The notes under the pieces are model-generated. The model worked only from the letters and a program-made list of their open reading frames with translations. It was not told the DNA's origin and made no database searches. Source: Cirrosporium novae-zelandiae (taxonomy: Eukaryota). From it: a DNA stretch of 64,000 bases. A program made the position numbers and the translations under genes. Shown piece by piece: positions 61,521 to 64,000 of this stretch (its first letter is position 1; each line of letters starts with the position of its first letter). The stretch covers positions 124,001-188,000 of the forward strand of contig JAPETS010000026.1 of the NCBI GenBank assembly GCA_026023565.1. Direction: 5' to 3'.

Positions 61521-61974
61521 TTTCTGCCACTATAAGTATCACTATCCCTCGCTGTTTTTCCATTCTCATTTCTTCTTCTTCATTTTCTCCTCAGTTTCGT
61601 GCTTGACGCCCTGTCATCCTTTGCTCCGAGTCCCGCACTGTCTGCCTTGCCAATGCATTCTCGCATCCAACCGAAATTGCTCAGCTCCACTATTGTCTCA
61701 TTATTCCATCACTGCATCTACGATCACGGCCGTCCCACGGGATGTGGTGACGCGGATTGCATTGTGTTTATTCCTTGGTGTTGTTAGATGGATTTACGAT
61801 TCTGTCTTGGATGCTCTGTGAGACGGGTTTCACTTCCTTCAGATGACTGACTTTTGAACCAGTCTTTGACCGCTAGCTTATTTTCTGTTACCTTGACGAG
61901 GTATTTTATCTTGCTTGTCTAAGTTCGCTTGCTGCGATCTCTCTGAGAATGGCCATAGCCTGAAAGCCGAGACG

Positions 61975-62556
61975 CTGTGTTGGGAATTTTGTCTGTAGAT
62001 ACCATATACAAATGCGAGCTTCTTGTGGTGTGAGAATTTGCAATCACAGTACGCCGGATACCGGCACGACAAGAAAAGTGGAACGTTACTGCTGCTTTGA
62101 TCGATGATACAGCCAATAACAAAAATGTCTCTTATTTTCCGCAGTCTCAGCTGAATGTCTGCGTTTTCCTGCCAAGAGAGTGGCTTGCGGTTTCGTGGTA
62201 AGCCGATGAAATTTCCTGCTGGACGGGTGACGTGGATCTGAAATTTTTGAAGGCAGGCAAATGCAGTTGATTGATGGGACAATTATACTCAAATGCAGCT
62301 GATGCGATATCTGCCTACATGTGCTAGAGGCGAAGCGCCTCGTCCGTGGGGATTTGGTGGGCCCATTCATGCAGAATGGGTGGATTGCTGCAAATTGCCT
62401 GAACCAAGGCAGCTGATCTCTGCACGCACGACGTGTATCCAGTTCTCGGTATCCTCCCCTGCCAACCTCCGCAGCATTTTGGTGTATGAGCTCCATGGCT
62501 TTGCTGCTAACGTGCTGGGTTCAATTTGTATCCCTGAACGGCAGGAAACGCTATGA
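61975..62556 (+). pseudogene. Degenerate hypothetical cargo gene
   Basis: Frame LGILSVDTIYKCELLVV*EFAITVRR...LPREWLAVS, GTAAG donor, then QLMRYLP...WGFGGPIHAEWV...; family not recognised. Confidence 0.35.
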
Positions 62557-62970
62557 GATTAGGTGAATCCTTCGAAACTCTGTTTAGCAGAGTTAAGGAG
62601 GGAATCGAGATCAATCGAAACCTCTCAATATCATTTTAACAGGAATGTAAACCAGTCAATCACCAGGAGACACTCATATAGTAGTAGAACTGCAAGGTTG
62701 GGCGGCAAGACGAGGCAGTCGAAGTATCTCGGCCTTCAACAGGCTTAATACCTGCCGCATGCAGATTTTAGCTGAGTTTGCGTGGCCACTTGGGCTAAAC
62801 GATCAGGAGAAGGGTTCATGCAGTACAGTTATGAGCCAGTGTGCAAGACGCCATTCGGTGAATAGTGCCACTCTCTGATGTCTATAAAAGTCTCTCGTCG
62901 CTCCAAATTCATACCACAGCAGACCTTACTTTTCTATGCAAATTAGTGTGATTATCATCAGTTATACACC

Positions 62971-64000
62971 ATGGATTCCATCATCATGTACCAACCTCCA
63001 GTCTCTACGGCAGTTCCCAGGGCAGTTCGTACTATCAACGAGCTAAGCCCATTTCAGTTGGGCTTGTCCCAATTATCTTCAGCCGTAGCACAGCACCAAG
63101 AGAGAGTCGAAACGAATCAGTACTAGAAGAATATGGAAAGTGGTGATAGCTTGGCTCCTCTAGGCGCACAAAACCAGTTCGCGGTATTTAGTGAAAGAGA
63201 AATTTCCGGTGTGTTAGAATCTGTCTATGTCAGGGTGACTTTGTCTAACAAACATAGAAACACCAACCATCGATACTATCAGCCAGGTGCCCAATTATAA
63301 TAGTGACGAAACTATCGTTTTTCCATCTTTCAACGAGGTCACCTCTCGTGATGATCATCGTCAGCAGTCCAGAGATATTAATGCTGTCGAGCCCAAGCTC
63401 GGATGCGAACTTCCTAACATTAGGGAAACCGTTGCCGAGAAGAAACTGACGAAGTCCACCAATGCTATTCCTGGGTACAGTCAAGGTGAGCTCCCTTTGT
63501 ATAGCAATGTGTCAATGTGAGAATCTTTATCTGATTATGTCCAGATAACCCAGTAATGCTGGATGAGGATCAATCTGAACTTCATGAACCATCCGGTGCT
63601 GACACTGTTTCTTGTGACACCAATCTTACGGATGTGAATCCGAATGAACTCTCTCGGCCTCAGAAGTTAGGCTGCGCAACATCGAACGGTGGTGATTCTA
63701 GCCGGAACACCCCGCTTCAATTTTCTACTGGCGAAACTAGCCGTGATGACAAGATTTCATTCTCAGCCAGTCTGCAGAGCAAGAGCAATTCTCCCTTTTC
63801 TCACAGTTCTTTCGCATGTCTTTCTACCGAAATATCACACGGTGAACATCGTAAAAGTCTGCGCACTGTTGCCGGCTGCGATGATCTGGGTTACTCCGGC
63901 AATCGTTCATTGTTCGATGTTTCTACTGAGAGTAATCATAAGGAACCAATTCCAGCTGTGCCACCTAGGAAACAGATAAAGCCATCAACATCCTTTCCGA
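62971..64000 (+). pseudogene. Spliced low-complexity hypothetical gene, 3'-truncated by window, with in-frame TAG in exon 1
   Basis: ATG 62971; TAG 63124-63126 in frame; two plausible GT-AG introns; last exon open to window end. Confidence 0.45.

Larger units (their letters stand above)
44484..64000 (+). mobile_element. Starship-type giant transposon (left boundary approximate, right end not seen)
   Basis: DUF3435 tyrosine recombinase as first gene pointing inward, followed by patatin-like phospholipase and DUF3723, which are characteristic Starship-associated genes. Confidence 0.8.

Overview
Intron-containing genome of a filamentous ascomycete with two compartments. About 1-24 kb is a dense block of conserved housekeeping genes (IPK2/ARG82, ASA1, DBP7, PAN6, YND1, RPL36, ORC6, queuosine-salvage QNG1-like, UBA2, an OAR1-like SDR, a BTB protein, ELC1), followed by a ~1700-aa secreted Ser/Thr-rich repeat protein (25-30 kb). 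From ~31 kb the sequence is accessory and TE-littered. It contains (i) a head-to-head pair: a fruit-body-lectin + intact Ser/Thr kinase gene (probably once fused to a large, now-decayed C-terminal domain) and a HeLo-like + pseudokinase gene, an architecture resembling a RIPK3/MLKL-type cell-death or defence module; the HeLo-like gene is broken by a nonsense codon and a solo-LTR insertion; (ii) a Starship-type giant transposon, with a DUF3435 tyrosine-recombinase captain at ~45.5-47.8 kb followed by F-box, patatin-like phospholipase, DUF3723 and degenerate cargo up to the window end; three 7-8-7 inverted-repeat sites lie just upstream of the captain; (iii) several solo LTRs and MITE-like elements, some with target-site duplications visible. 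All family calls come from motif recognition by eye; no searches were run.
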